Source: Planctomycetaceae bacterium (lineage in GTDB: Bacteria > Planctomycetota > Planctomycetia > Pirellulales > Pirellulaceae). Taken from it: a stretch of DNA of 64,000 bases. A model generated the notes under the pieces. It ran no database searches. It was not told the origin of the DNA and saw only the letters and a program-made list of their open reading frames with translations. Position numbers and translations under genes: made by a program. Shown here one piece after another: positions 27,515 to 37,788 of this stretch (its first letter is position 1; each line of letters opens with the position of its first letter). Location: positions 36,951-100,950 of the forward strand of contig JAIYDN010000039.1 of the NCBI GenBank assembly GCA_027487485.1. Direction: 5' to 3'.

Positions 27515-29566
27515 TTGAATCGAGCTAACTTTTCTCGCCGATTTTGGGCTCTTGTAGCTCTTGCTCCCATCGCTTGCGGTTGGGCTTGGTTTCTCTTGTC
27601 GGTACCGATTCAGCGTTGGAATAGCCAGAAGTTTAAGGATAGCACTCGAATCGCCTTAGGTGACTGCCTATTCGATTTATCAAGCCAAACGGTGACTCGG
27701 TTGTTGGATGATTCGACGGCAGCTACTTGGTTTTCCAACTCCAGAGGGTTCAGCTGTAAAACGGTCCGACTGGAAAAACTTGTCGCGGGAAACGAAAAGG
27801 CAACTTCCAGACAAATGACTTTTCGCAACACGGTTTATAACCATCGCGAGAAACGAATGGTTCATGATTTTGAATTGTCGGTTTCCGATGGATATCCCCA
27901 GTTCATTAATGAGCGGATGCTGGTGGTTCAAACATCGAAGGAACTACGATGGCTTGACCTGAATCGCGGTACGCAAGACTGGCAGAGCGTACCCAATTCG
28001 AAAGCTGAAAGACCAGTGGTCATAACCGATTTTCCAAATTCGGTTTTTCGTCGTACCTACTACGATCCCAAAGCCGCCACACAAAGCACGACAGAACTGT
28101 TTCGCTTGACCGACGAAGGGCAGTTGCTGCTCTTATCCACTTGGTCGCACGCCGCCTCGTGGAATGCTTCCTTTGATGATTCGACATTTTCAGGGGCGAA
28201 AATCTACAGCTTGGACGTTACAGGCTCATTTTTAGAGTCTCGCTCGACGGTGGACGGGCGGCTAGTCGATTCAATTCCGTTCGAAGCACCAATTACCTCT
28301 TTTAGCTTTTGGTACCATGATGACGTTCTTCTGGAGAAAGGGACTCAAAATGTTTTCTATTCGCTGGCGGGCAAACCGATGGTGAATCCCTTGGACTCCG
28401 GCGTCTGGCAAGGTTCCTTTCATGCTATATCGCCCGATGCCAAAACATGCCTTTGGACTGACTTCCAACGCGCGATCGTTACGGAAGCGGCATCGGGGAA
28501 ATGGATGTGTGAAATCAAGGAGATTGGGCAGAAGTTTGGTGGGCGATTTGTTTTCTTGGACTCTAAGACGCTAGTTTCGTTGGATAACCGTTGGGGAATT
28601 ACGTTGCGTCAGCATGATACAACCACTGGCGAGACCCTTTTGCGATGGCGTCCCTTCTGGTGGATACTTCCCTGCCTGATCCCGCTCGCGATGACAACCC
28701 TTGTATGGATTGGCGTCTGGATACGCCTACCAAAGCCGAATGCGAATTGGGGATGGTGCGACTTTTACATTCTGATGAGCTTATGCATGCTAGGGTTGGT
28801 AGCTCGAGTCTTGTGCATTGGGGATCCGGCAGATTTATCGCGGCTGTCGTTCAGGTACGCGCAAGCGATCTGTTCCAGCGGCATCGTTGTGGCGTGGTAC
28901 ATGTTGTTTTTCGGATCGCAGCGTTGGATCATTCGTTTGATCCAATTGCTTGCAACTTACTCGATCGTTTTGCTTTCGCTTGCTGCGGTGCTGCGTGATC
29001 AACCCATAGAAGCGTGCCAGGGATTGCTTGTGGTTTCTCTTCCTGCGTTGTTTGCCTTACCCATTTGGATCTTGCAATCGATCAGCTTGTGGATCATGCG
29101 TTCAAGGGCTCGAAAGCAAATCGGTCTACCGTTAAGGCAACATACCATTCAAATGCGAGACTTGTTTTGGTTCATGGGTGTGATGGCGGTGGTGATGCTT
29201 GGGCTGAAGCCCTTGATACCTGGAATGGGTATTTGGTTGCAATTGCCATGGGGGCTCGTGATAACGGCATGGGTTGCCATTTGTTCTTCACTTGGTTTGG
29301 CTACCGCGTTGACGCAACACAAACTCGTGAGCCGCTTTGGCATGGTTCTAGTTGCGATTACCGCGTTGCCTAGTCTGGTGGACGTTGCAATGATGAACAT
29401 CGATGGTGAATTCTGGTGGCTTCCTCTGACGCAGGGGCGAGTTGGCGATGTCCCGTTTCTGATGGGCTGCTTGTCCACCGCTGCCATCACGTTTGTTTTG
29501 GCAAAATGCTTCAAGCAATCGCCTACCATCGCTGTGGTTGATTCTGCCTACAGCCCATCCAAATAG
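27515..29566 (+). CDS. Large membrane protein of unknown function, with an N-terminal extracytoplasmic domain and a C-terminal polytopic domain
   Basis: TTG start and 683 aa. One N-terminal TM helix is followed by a soluble region of about 360 aa, then about 9 hydrophobic helices. I recognise no family. Confidence 0.55.
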   Translation: MNRANFSRRFWALVALAPIACGWAWFLLSVPIQRWNSQKFKDSTRIALGDCLFDLSSQTVTRLLDDSTAATWFSNSRGFSCKTVRLEKLVAGNEKATSRQMTFRNTVYNHREKRMVHDFELSVSDGYPQFINERMLVVQTSKELRWLDLNRGTQDWQSVPNSKAERPVVITDFPNSVFRRTYYDPKAATQSTTELFRLTDEGQLLLLSTWSHAASWNASFDDSTFSGAKIYSLDVTGSFLESRSTVDGRLVDSIPFEAPITSFSFWYHDDVLLEKGTQNVFYSLAGKPMVNPLDSGVWQGSFHAISPDAKTCLWTDFQRAIVTEAASGKWMCEIKEIGQKFGGRFVFLDSKTLVSLDNRWGITLRQHDTTTGETLLRWRPFWWILPCLIPLAMTTLVWIGVWIRLPKPNANWGWCDFYILMSLCMLGLVARVLCIGDPADLSRLSFRYAQAICSSGIVVAWYMLFFGSQRWIIRLIQLLATYSIVLLSLAAVLRDQPIEACQGLLVVSLPALFALPIWILQSISLWIMRSRARKQIGLPLRQHTIQMRDLFWFMGVMAVVMLGLKPLIPGMGIWLQLPWGLVITAWVAICSSLGLATALTQHKLVSRFGMVLVAITALPSLVDVAMMNIDGEFWWLPLTQGRVGDVPFLMGCLSTAAITFVLAKCFKQSPTIAVVDSAYSPSK

Positions 29567-32500
29567 GCAAAAAGATTGGCGACGTCCTGAGGGGATTTGT
29601 CATCGAGCAGACCGGACGGCATCAACGATTCGGTGGAATAACCCTTGTCCTGAATGTTGTCTTGATTGATTCTAACGATAGATCCGGTGGCGGTTTGAAG
29701 TGTGGTTCCGTCCGCTGCGTTATAAACAATCATACCCGTATAGATTTCATCATCGATGGTCAGAACACGGATCGCTCGGTACCGTTCCGAAATGTCTCGG
29801 CTAGGTTCGAAGATCGCTTTCGAAAGATCTTCACGCGAGAATCGCTTGGCCACACCGGAGAGACTCGGTCCAAGAGAGCTTTGGCCGCCATGGCACAGCA
29901 CACACTTCTCTTGATAGAGGATCTTGCCCTTTTCCGCATCGCCCTTGACCAAACTGGCTTGTTGAAGCAAAGCAGTCCAGTCGACAGCAATATTTGGCTT
30001 AAGTAACTTTGCAAAATCGTCCTGGGACAATGCACTTTTGAAGTATCGTTCCCAATCCAACCATAATTCTGTCGCAGGTGGTTTCAGGCCATCGGTTCGA
30101 TTTAGCTTGGTGCCGACCAATCGGACTCGTTGCAGGACCTTGGCTCGAGGCAAGCTCGTATTGGAATTTAAAACGCTGGATACAATGGGAGCCAAGGCAG
30201 TCATCTCTCGTTGAGAATCGACGATTGGAAGGGAGGCGATACCTCTCCAACCCAATGTCCACTGGTCGCGATCTTGCGATTCCAGAGCGGACAAAAACAA
30301 GCCATAGTCCGTTTCGCTAGCGCGCGTCGCGAGCAATTCGATTGCAACCGTTGTCAGTTTTGGATCAGCAACAGCAGCTTCGCGAATTTTGACAGCAAGC
30401 GCTTCGTCGATTCCTGCTTGGCAGGCATAACGAAGAATGGCGGGCGACCAATCTGAAGTTTCAGAGCTGACCAAGTGCTTTTTCATTTTCAATCTTGCGT
30501 TCGCTTGAACGTCGATGGGGAAAGCACTCAGCAAAGCCAAATCCTCTGGGCAGCACGGGATGGGCAAGTCGACAAAAGCGGCACCAAGATTTGAATCGCG
30601 TTTGAGCAGGGCAGCAACCAATTGCTGCAATCGAATGGGCCATTGATTGTCGGTATAAAGGCCTCGTTGTTTTACCTTGCGAATGATTCCGGCTAAAGCC
30701 TGAGCTGTCATCGTGGTCATTTCTGCGGATCTTGGAGACGAGCAGTTAGCGGAACAGCAAAGCCAATGAATGTCAGAGGTAGGGTGGCTTTTGTCGGTAA
30801 TTTGGCCCAGCAAGAAAGAAACCGCTTCAGAATTCTTTGGCTCAAGCATCGAAAGTGTGCGAGTTGCTTCCAGGTGAAGGAGAGGGCTATCGAGATCGAT
30901 GGCCTTCTGGGCAAAGAAAAGAGCCCAATCGGTCCAGGCCTTTCTTAAGTTTTCGGGCAATCGCGAGGAGCTAAGTCCCTTGTATCCGTCCAAAACATCT
31001 GGCTGAGGTGGATCGACTTGCTGGGGAAGCGAATAACGGCGTTCGCCCAACGCGACCTGAAGAATGGTCAAGAATTCGAGCTGATCCCGAGTGGTCCAAT
31101 TTTGCTGTTTCGCTGGAACCCAGTTCGCAAGTTTATCCAGCAAGGGAGTGTCGATATTAGTTTGGTTGGAACCAAATAGCGCTTTGGCAATAAGTCCATC
31201 GAGCACATTCTCTGCCGACTTCTGCGAAAGAGGAGTCGCCGATCTGGCTAGTGCCCAAAGCCACGTTCGACGAATGGAATTGCCGGCATCGGTGTCTGGG
31301 ACTTCTCGGCTTTCCGCTTTTGCCATGGACCATTTTCGAAGACCAAATGCTTCCCATCGCAGTCGTTCATCGGCAGGACCAAGATGATGGTCCCAATGAG
31401 GGCGATCGGCCGTATCAGGTTGATCTTGATCAAAGGAGTTGTAGTTCATGCTTGCAGCTTGCGCGATCCAGCTCGCATCTTGAGGTTTAAGCTGTAATCG
31501 GCCTCGACCGGCGAGCCACCAGCCCGCAGCCCTGGTCGATGGAGAGTTGGACATGACCGCTTTTAAAACGTTCGATGTCGGAATGTTTGCGTTCATGCGA
31601 GTCAACATTTGAGCCGCTCGCAATTTGGCCGCGGCGTTGACTTCGGGGGCAGCATCGATTTCCAGTTCACCTTGCACAACAGCCAGCAAAGATTCTGCGT
31701 TAGCCTTTTCGATGGACGCTCTCCATTGAACTTCCGACCAACTTTCAAATGGCATGTTGGTCATCAAAGCTGCTTGAAGCGCAGTGGCTGCCTCGGGACG
31801 AATCTGTCCATCTCGGATTGCGTTGTCGAACCAGCGGACCGATTTGTCGTCGCTTGCTTGTTCTTGAGCCGCGATGCGATAGATCGCGCCCGTTGTACCT
31901 CGACCACCGACACAAACCAGCAAGCTGCCGTCGGGGGCCACGCAAACGTCGGTCGGAGCGAATCCGGCATTCCCGGATGGTTGCATGAAAACTTCTGCTG
32001 GCACTTTATTAGGGATCCGTTGGGATTCATCCAGATTCCTGGATGGAAAAACCGCCAGGACTCGACCGAAGGTCCAATCCAAAACGAAAACCGCATCGTG
32101 GTATTTTTTGGGGAACACTCGATGTTGATAGACAGCAACACCAGTAGGGGATCCTCGCCCGAGTTGGGCTAGAGTTTGAGGCATCGTAATACGATGGTCT
32201 TCGTCTTTCCAAGCCTGCCCGCACCACCCTGCGTCACTTCCGGGCCCCAACACGAAAACTCGAGTGGGACGATACCAAGGCAGGGTCGCTTCGCGTTCGC
32301 AGTCGCTATCGAAGGTGACAATCTGCCCATCAGGCAAGAAATCAAAATCGTAGCAGTTGCGCATTCCGTGCGCCCAAACACCTCGAGTTTTAAAGTCGGG
32401 ACTGATTCGCCAAACCGTTCCGCTTCGAGAGCGACCTACAGGGCTGAGAGGGTCGTTTTGAAGTTTTGCGAGATCTCTAGCGAAGTTGCCAGCGATAAAG

Positions 32501-32982
32501 TACCAAAAACCGTCTGGGCCTCGACGAATCGCATGAACGTCGTGTTCGCCCCCAGTGGGTAGCTCCAAAACTCGCTTTGGATTGGCATCAGCAGCCAAAT
32601 CCCCGTCGGCGTCTTCGGTAAGCCACAAAGCACCCTCGCTGACAAAATAAAGCTTTCGCCCTTCGGACCAAAGCCCTTGCGCCCCTTGCTTCGCCATGCT
32701 GGTCCACAAAAATGTACGGTCATAAATACCATCTTGATTGTCATCCACCAACGTTCGAATGTAACCAGGCCCAGAAACCACGGGGCGTCCCAAACCATCC
32801 ATCGTCATACTGAAGCAGTCATGAACCACCGAATCGTCCGCAACGCGTTGAACCGAGAAACCCTCGGGTACCGTAAAGGGGAGTGTTTCGTCCCCATTGG
32901 CCGACTTCATTTCGACGGGACAGATGCCTGCTAGAATCAAAAAGACCCATGAAACCAAAATGCATCGATGCAGCAACAGCAC
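29548..32982 (-). CDS. PVC-type heme-binding CxxCH protein (putative membrane-bound dehydrogenase domain, HEAT-like repeats and C-terminal cytochrome c)
   Basis: 1144 aa with an N-terminal signal/anchor. The N-terminal part is beta-propeller-like ('GPDGFWYF', 'APDGSLLV') and the middle is a long helical-repeat region. 'CVLCHG' lies about 110 aa from the C-terminus. Confidence 0.8.
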   Translation of the reverse strand: MLLLHRCILVSWVFLILAGICPVEMKSANGDETLPFTVPEGFSVQRVADDSVVHDCFSMTMDGLGRPVVSGPGYIRTLVDDNQDGIYDRTFLWTSMAKQGAQGLWSEGRKLYFVSEGALWLTEDADGDLAADANPKRVLELPTGGEHDVHAIRRGPDGFWYFIAGNFARDLAKLQNDPLSPVGRSRSGTVWRISPDFKTRGVWAHGMRNCYDFDFLPDGQIVTFDSDCEREATLPWYRPTRVFVLGPGSDAGWCGQAWKDEDHRITMPQTLAQLGRGSPTGVAVYQHRVFPKKYHDAVFVLDWTFGRVLAVFPSRNLDESQRIPNKVPAEVFMQPSGNAGFAPTDVCVAPDGSLLVCVGGRGTTGAIYRIAAQEQASDDKSVRWFDNAIRDGQIRPEAATALQAALMTNMPFESWSEVQWRASIEKANAESLLAVVQGELEIDAAPEVNAAAKLRAAQMLTRMNANIPTSNVLKAVMSNSPSTRAAGWWLAGRGRLQLKPQDASWIAQAASMNYNSFDQDQPDTADRPHWDHHLGPADERLRWEAFGLRKWSMAKAESREVPDTDAGNSIRRTWLWALARSATPLSQKSAENVLDGLIAKALFGSNQTNIDTPLLDKLANWVPAKQQNWTTRDQLEFLTILQVALGERRYSLPQQVDPPQPDVLDGYKGLSSSRLPENLRKAWTDWALFFAQKAIDLDSPLLHLEATRTLSMLEPKNSEAVSFLLGQITDKSHPTSDIHWLCCSANCSSPRSAEMTTMTAQALAGIIRKVKQRGLYTDNQWPIRLQQLVAALLKRDSNLGAAFVDLPIPCCPEDLALLSAFPIDVQANARLKMKKHLVSSETSDWSPAILRYACQAGIDEALAVKIREAAVADPKLTTVAIELLATRASETDYGLFLSALESQDRDQWTLGWRGIASLPIVDSQREMTALAPIVSSVLNSNTSLPRAKVLQRVRLVGTKLNRTDGLKPPATELWLDWERYFKSALSQDDFAKLLKPNIAVDWTALLQQASLVKGDAEKGKILYQEKCVLCHGGQSSLGPSLSGVAKRFSREDLSKAIFEPSRDISERYRAIRVLTIDDEIYTGMIVYNAADGTTLQTATGSIVRINQDNIQDKGYSTESLMPSGLLDDKSPQDVANLFAYLDGL

Positions 32983-33160
32983 AGTCGCAACTCCCCTTCA
33001 AACCAAAGCAGCCAAAACAAAGCAGGCAAAACAAAGAAAGAAATGGGCAAAAAAAGAGTTCCCACGCCCTATCCGACTAATATCAACGGACGATGTACAA
33101 TTGAAAAGCCCGAATCGCAAATCGCCGCCAATTTTCCCCCGTCCTTACCCGCCACCACCC

Positions 33161-34174
33161 ATGATGAAACTTCGCACCCTATTCGTTCCAAGCGTCGTCG
33201 TTTTGCTTTTCGTTGCATCCTGCTCTCTGACCGCACAAGCGCAACGGTTTCAAACAAAACAGCATTCTGACCGCGTGGATCTGCTTCAAGATGGACAGTT
33301 AGTCACAAGCTACCAATTCCTGTCGGGCACCAAACCCATTCTTTGGCCATTGATTGGCCCGGATCAGAGCCGGATGTCGCGTGAATATCCCATGGTCGAC
33401 AGCCAAGACGAAGAACGCGACCACCCTCATCATCGATCGCTTTGGATGACCTTCGGAGAGGTAAATGGGTTTGATTTCTGGGCCGAAGGGGACGGAGAAA
33501 ACAAAGGAAGGGTGGTGCACAAGGAAATCGTCTCACTGGAAGAATCCGAATCGGCGGCATCCGTCACCGCGCGACATGAATGGCAAACAAAGTCCGGCCA
33601 AGTGGTTCTGGAGGAAATATGCCGCTACTCCATCGTCGATGCGATGAAAGGCAGCGACGATCGTGTGATCGACTGCGAATATATCCTAAAGCATCCTAAG
33701 GGCGCATCCGACGAACCGATTCATTTCGGCGACACCAAAGAGGGGATGTTTGCCGTCAGAGTTCCTGAAACCATGCGAGCCGATAAGTCCAACGGGCAGA
33801 TCCTAAATAGCAACGGACTGCTCAACGGAGCGACTTGGGGTCGTGCCGCGCAATGGGTCGACTACGCTGGAAAGGCAACTCGCGATGCCAAGTCCGACAT
33901 GGGAGTGGCGATTTTGACTCATCCAGAAAGCTTCGGCAGCGATGGGTACTGGCATGTTCGCACTTATGGTCTGTTCGCACATAATCCCATCGGTGTTGCC
34001 CATTTTCTGGAGGTGAATCCAGCCGCAATAAAAAAAGAAGGGGGCTATTACCTTCCGTCCGGCACCAAGATGCATTTGATCTATCGAGTCATCCTGCATC
34101 GAGGCCGTTGGACGCATCAGGACGGAAGCCTGCAGCATGAAGCTTTTGCCAAGTCGAAACCGCAACTAAATTAG
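33161..34174 (+). CDS. PmoA-family / DUF6807-like secreted protein
   Basis: Signal peptide 'MMKLRTLFVPSVVVLLFVASCSLTAQA'. Also 'KPILWPLIGP' and 'ERDHPHHRSLWMTFGEVNGFDFW'. The ATG at 33161 is preferred over the ORF-track start at 32897. Confidence 0.7.
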   Translation: MMKLRTLFVPSVVVLLFVASCSLTAQAQRFQTKQHSDRVDLLQDGQLVTSYQFLSGTKPILWPLIGPDQSRMSREYPMVDSQDEERDHPHHRSLWMTFGEVNGFDFWAEGDGENKGRVVHKEIVSLEESESAASVTARHEWQTKSGQVVLEEICRYSIVDAMKGSDDRVIDCEYILKHPKGASDEPIHFGDTKEGMFAVRVPETMRADKSNGQILNSNGLLNGATWGRAAQWVDYAGKATRDAKSDMGVAILTHPESFGSDGYWHVRTYGLFAHNPIGVAHFLEVNPAAIKKEGGYYLPSGTKMHLIYRVILHRGRWTHQDGSLQHEAFAKSKPQLN

Positions 34175-34215
34175 TGCAACAGCCTTACCTTACCTAATCT
34201 ACACGAGGTCCTCTT

Positions 34216-35829
34216 TTGTCCGGTGAAAGCGATCAACCGCTAAGCTTTTCTTGTCCCCATTGCAGCAAGCGTTTGCGAGCTCCGAAAACTCTCGCAGGGA
34301 AGAATCTTGCGTGCCCAAAATGCAAGACCAAGATTACCGTTCCTGCCGAAATCCCTATGGCAAAAGAAGATGATGCCTGGTTGCGATTGGACGATGACTT
34401 GAAGCTTGAGCCTGTTACAAACACGGGTGCCGCAGACAACAAGGCCCCTGAAGTACGACCTGTCTTACCTCCGCCAAACGCCCCCCCTCAGGCAATCGAT
34501 CCTACATCGAAGGGCAAAACCAAAAGCGTCTTTGATGACGATCTTCCGGAACTATTGCCGTTGGAAGCACCTGCAGCGATTCCATCGTTACCTATCGATC
34601 TTGGCTTGCCTGACATCGACTTAGAAGATTTGGATGGAAGCCCGTTGGATTCACGCGCAGCCACGTCCCCGGGCCCAAAGACGGGTCGAACTCAAGATGC
34701 AAACAAGTCCGGCCTCGATTCACTGGACGACTTAAAACTGGAAGCTGCTGCTCTTGGGGATAACTTCGCTTTGCCGCCCAATGATGAATTTTCGTTTCCG
34801 TGTCGGATTTGCGGCAGCCTTCTTTATGCCTTGGAGTCGCGAGCGGGATCGTCGATCCGCTGCGCCGATTGCTATTCGGAACTAACAATCCCGAAGCCTG
34901 TTCGCAAGGCCGTGAAGCAACCCCCGGTCAGCATGGACGACTTGCCATCGGTTGCACTGCAACCGATCGATTCCAAGAGTACTAGACGAGATATCCCAGA
35001 TCGCTCAGGCGAAATCTTGGAAAAAGCAACGCAAGCTTTGGAGGAAGAAACTCGGACGTCGAGCGATTACGACGGCGGATTCGACACAAAGCGTTGGCTT
35101 CAACTCATTCTTGGGTTCATGCGAGATCCGTGGGTGGTGGCTGCAACGATAGGGCTGGGGCTGTGTACCGGTGGGTGGCTGTTTGCTATTTGCCTCATGG
35201 GCACCTGGGTTGAAATGGATGCAACTCAAGCCCTGATCGCTCGGATCGCTATTTTTGCAGTTCTATTCATTCCGATCGTGGGTGCTATCTGCCTATGCGG
35301 CCTAAGCATTCTAACGATGGCAGCTAACCGCTCGCCGCGCGTGGAGGAATGGCCGCTGAGCCGTATGGGGGACGCAATCGGCGAAGGGTTTTTATTGATT
35401 GCAGCCTTGTTTTTGGCTTCGGTTCCCGGGGGAATGTTAGGTGGGATTGTGGCGGGACTCAATGCACACCCATTGGTGGCGTCGGGCTTGTTGATGCTTG
35501 GCATTTGGGCGGCTACGCCATTTTTGTTGCTCAGCATGATCGACAACGGGGCAATGACTCAGCCCTATTCCAAGCCAGTTTTCGATTCCATCAAGTCCTT
35601 TTCGGACGCCTGGGGTGCCATGTACATGCAATCAGGACTCGCATTCGGTCTCCTTTTTTGCGTCATGATCTTGGCAGAGCTTCAAAGTCCGGTTGGTTCG
35701 ATTTTTCTTGGATTTGCGATCCCCTTCACCGCATTTTTTGTATTGAACCAATACGGTGTGCTGGGTGGTCGTATTAGCCAAGCAACGAATTTAGGTTTTG
35801 ACGGAGACTTTTCAGATGACAGCTTGTAA
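34216..35829 (+). CDS. Double zinc-ribbon protein with a C-terminal polytopic membrane domain
   Basis: First ribbon 'CPHCSKRL...CPKCKTKITVP' and second ribbon 'CRICGSLL...CADCYSELTIP'. A Pro/Asp-rich linker follows, then about 7 TM helices. TTG start. Confidence 0.65.
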   Translation: MSGESDQPLSFSCPHCSKRLRAPKTLAGKNLACPKCKTKITVPAEIPMAKEDDAWLRLDDDLKLEPVTNTGAADNKAPEVRPVLPPPNAPPQAIDPTSKGKTKSVFDDDLPELLPLEAPAAIPSLPIDLGLPDIDLEDLDGSPLDSRAATSPGPKTGRTQDANKSGLDSLDDLKLEAAALGDNFALPPNDEFSFPCRICGSLLYALESRAGSSIRCADCYSELTIPKPVRKAVKQPPVSMDDLPSVALQPIDSKSTRRDIPDRSGEILEKATQALEEETRTSSDYDGGFDTKRWLQLILGFMRDPWVVAATIGLGLCTGGWLFAICLMGTWVEMDATQALIARIAIFAVLFIPIVGAICLCGLSILTMAANRSPRVEEWPLSRMGDAIGEGFLLIAALFLASVPGGMLGGIVAGLNAHPLVASGLLMLGIWAATPFLLLSMIDNGAMTQPYSKPVFDSIKSFSDAWGAMYMQSGLAFGLLFCVMILAELQSPVGSIFLGFAIPFTAFFVLNQYGVLGGRISQATNLGFDGDFSDDSL

Positions 35830-35934
35830 TTCTCTAGTGTCCTGCAATCATGGGGCTCAATTGTTTGGCTGAATCTTGAAGAGCTATTGTGTAGCTCGTC
35901 CGCCGATCAATTTTTCACCGACAGGAGAATTTTC

Positions 35935-36558
35935 ATGAAACGTTGCTCAATAGTTCTTTCAGCTTTGCTTGGCAGCTCAGTCGCATTCGTTGGATGCACC
36001 CCAGAATCCCCCAAGATGGGTGAAACCCCAAACCAAAGGGCAGGCGCAGCTCAAGGAATGGCAGATAGTGCAGCTAGCATGGCAGAGAGTGCTGCCAGCA
36101 TGGCTGATGCCACCAAGGGAATGACCGAAGCAACAAAAACAATGGCCGAAGAAGCCAAGGCAGCCGTAGGAGACGCGATCAAAGCTTCCGGCATGTCCGA
36201 AATGCTTGGCAAAGCGACGGAAGCCCTGTCTTCGGTAGAAGGTGGCGCCGACATGCTCAAGAATGTTCAGGAATCATTCGGTAAACTTACCTCGACCCTA
36301 TCGGCAATTACCGATGGCGAGAGCGCAACGGCAGCACTGCCTCAGCTTTCCCAATTGACAGAATCTTTTGGTGGCATGAGCGATTTGTTCGGAAAGCTCC
36401 CTGACGCTGCTAAGGGTGCCGTCTCGGGCGTTTTCGGCTCGGCCATTAGCGAACTCAAGCCGATGCTTGACAAGATTATGGCGATCCCAGGCGTCGACGC
36501 AATCATCAAGCCAGCTATCGATGCACTGATGGCAAAGTTGGATGCGTTCAAGGCTTAG
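35935..36558 (+). CDS. Lipoprotein with Ala/Met-rich helical repeats
   Basis: An AGGAG lies upstream of the ATG. Lipobox 'AFVGC'. Repeats read 'MADSAASMAESAASMADATKGMTEATKTMAEEAKAAV'. Confidence 0.65.
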   Translation: MKRCSIVLSALLGSSVAFVGCTPESPKMGETPNQRAGAAQGMADSAASMAESAASMADATKGMTEATKTMAEEAKAAVGDAIKASGMSEMLGKATEALSSVEGGADMLKNVQESFGKLTSTLSAITDGESATAALPQLSQLTESFGGMSDLFGKLPDAAKGAVSGVFGSAISELKPMLDKIMAIPGVDAIIKPAIDALMAKLDAFKA

Positions 36559-36768
36559 TTCGCATCGGAGAGAATCGGATAGCTCCCCCTTCGGAGCTCC
36601 CGGAATCGGCTAGGCTCTCAATCGAAAATCACTTCCGGGAGCGAAGGAATACCTAATGTTTCTTCGCTCTCGCCATTTCTACGGTTAAGCCTAGATTCTT
36701 CCAGACATTCATTTTCAACCTGTGGCTTCGGTTGCGCAACGATCATCCATCCGCACCGCAGCTGTACG

Positions 36769-37749
36769 TCACGCATTCGGCGCAGTAAACGCAACGACTT
36801 CCTCGAGCGAGCTTGCTTGACACGCTAACATCACGATGCGATCGAACCCCATGGCGCATCCGCAAGAGCTTGGCATCCCAGAACGCATGGCATCCAGCAA
36901 TCGATTTTGCATCGGAAGTTCCGGCTTGCCATCCGCTTTGCGCTGCTCATTCGATTTTCGCGCTCGAGCTTCCAATTGGTCAGCATCCAGCAACTCGTGG
37001 TATCCGTTTGCCAGTTCCACCCCTTGGTAAAACGCTTCGTATCGCTCTGCAGTGCGCGTATCACCTTCGCACACTCTTGCTAACGCCGCCTGCGAGGCCG
37101 GAAAGTGAGTTACCAGGACAGGTCGATCTATCCCTAGATGTCTTTGAACTCGGTCTGAAAAAATCAGATTCACCCAGTCGTCCCAATCCTGGCTCCAGTC
37201 GGTTCGTTCCACCAATCCGTTCGCAACCGACCATTCTGCTAGCTCCCTGGTCGAGCATTCGAACAAATCAAGTTTCGTCGCATTCCGAAAAGCTTCTTCG
37301 AACCGAATGCGATCCGCGACGGGCGTTGAAAGCAGTTCCGAGATCAGATCACTCAAAAATACTAGGCCCTGTTCAAAGCCTGCGTTCACGTCGTACCATT
37401 CTGCCATGGTGAACTCTGGGTTGTGAAACCGTCCAAGCTCTCCGCTGCGGAAGACTGGGCCTATCTGATAAATGCTGCCGATATCGGAGCACAAAAGCCG
37501 CTTCATCGATTGTTCAGGGGAAGTTTGCAGAAACCAATTTTCTGCCTTGCCTCCTGGTAATTGCATCGGGACCTCGATCGGGTCGAGATGCCGGTCAATG
37601 ATGGTGTCACGCGAAAGAACAGGCGTCTGCACTTCCGTGAAGCCCCGGCTATCAAAGAAAGCACGGAGCGATTTCAGCAAAGCGGCTCTACGTTTCAGGT
37701 TGCCTGACGGAGCCGCTGATAAAAAATCATTTTGCAAGTTCAAGACCAC
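36769..37749 (-). CDS. epmA: Elongation factor P--(R)-beta-lysine ligase EpmA (GenX/PoxA)
   Basis: 326 aa with a class II aaRS-like core lacking an anticodon domain. Carries 'RGFTEVQTPVLS', 'SPEQSMKRLL', 'IYQIGPVFRSGELGRFHNPEFTMAEWY', 'ANGYHEL' and 'GCAMGFDRIVML'. Confidence 0.85.
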   Translation of the reverse strand: MVLNLQNDFLSAAPSGNLKRRAALLKSLRAFFDSRGFTEVQTPVLSRDTIIDRHLDPIEVPMQLPGGKAENWFLQTSPEQSMKRLLCSDIGSIYQIGPVFRSGELGRFHNPEFTMAEWYDVNAGFEQGLVFLSDLISELLSTPVADRIRFEEAFRNATKLDLFECSTRELAEWSVANGLVERTDWSQDWDDWVNLIFSDRVQRHLGIDRPVLVTHFPASQAALARVCEGDTRTAERYEAFYQGVELANGYHELLDADQLEARARKSNEQRKADGKPELPMQNRLLDAMRSGMPSSCGCAMGFDRIVMLACQASSLEEVVAFTAPNA

Positions 37750-37788
37750 ATGTACCAGCCATGAATCTTTGCAGGAAACCGAATCCGA

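Noticed and set aside
32897-33160. N-terminal extension of the PmoA-like ORF
   Set aside because: It overlaps the start region of the divergent 1144-aa gene and is Lys/Pro-rich low complexity. A good signal peptide begins at the ATG at 33161.
36581-36669. Two short hairpins between the convergent lipoprotein and epmA genes as terminators
   Set aside because: The stems are only 6 and 8 bp, one loop is 15 nt long, and there is no following T-tract on either strand. They are too weak to call without a folding-energy calculation.
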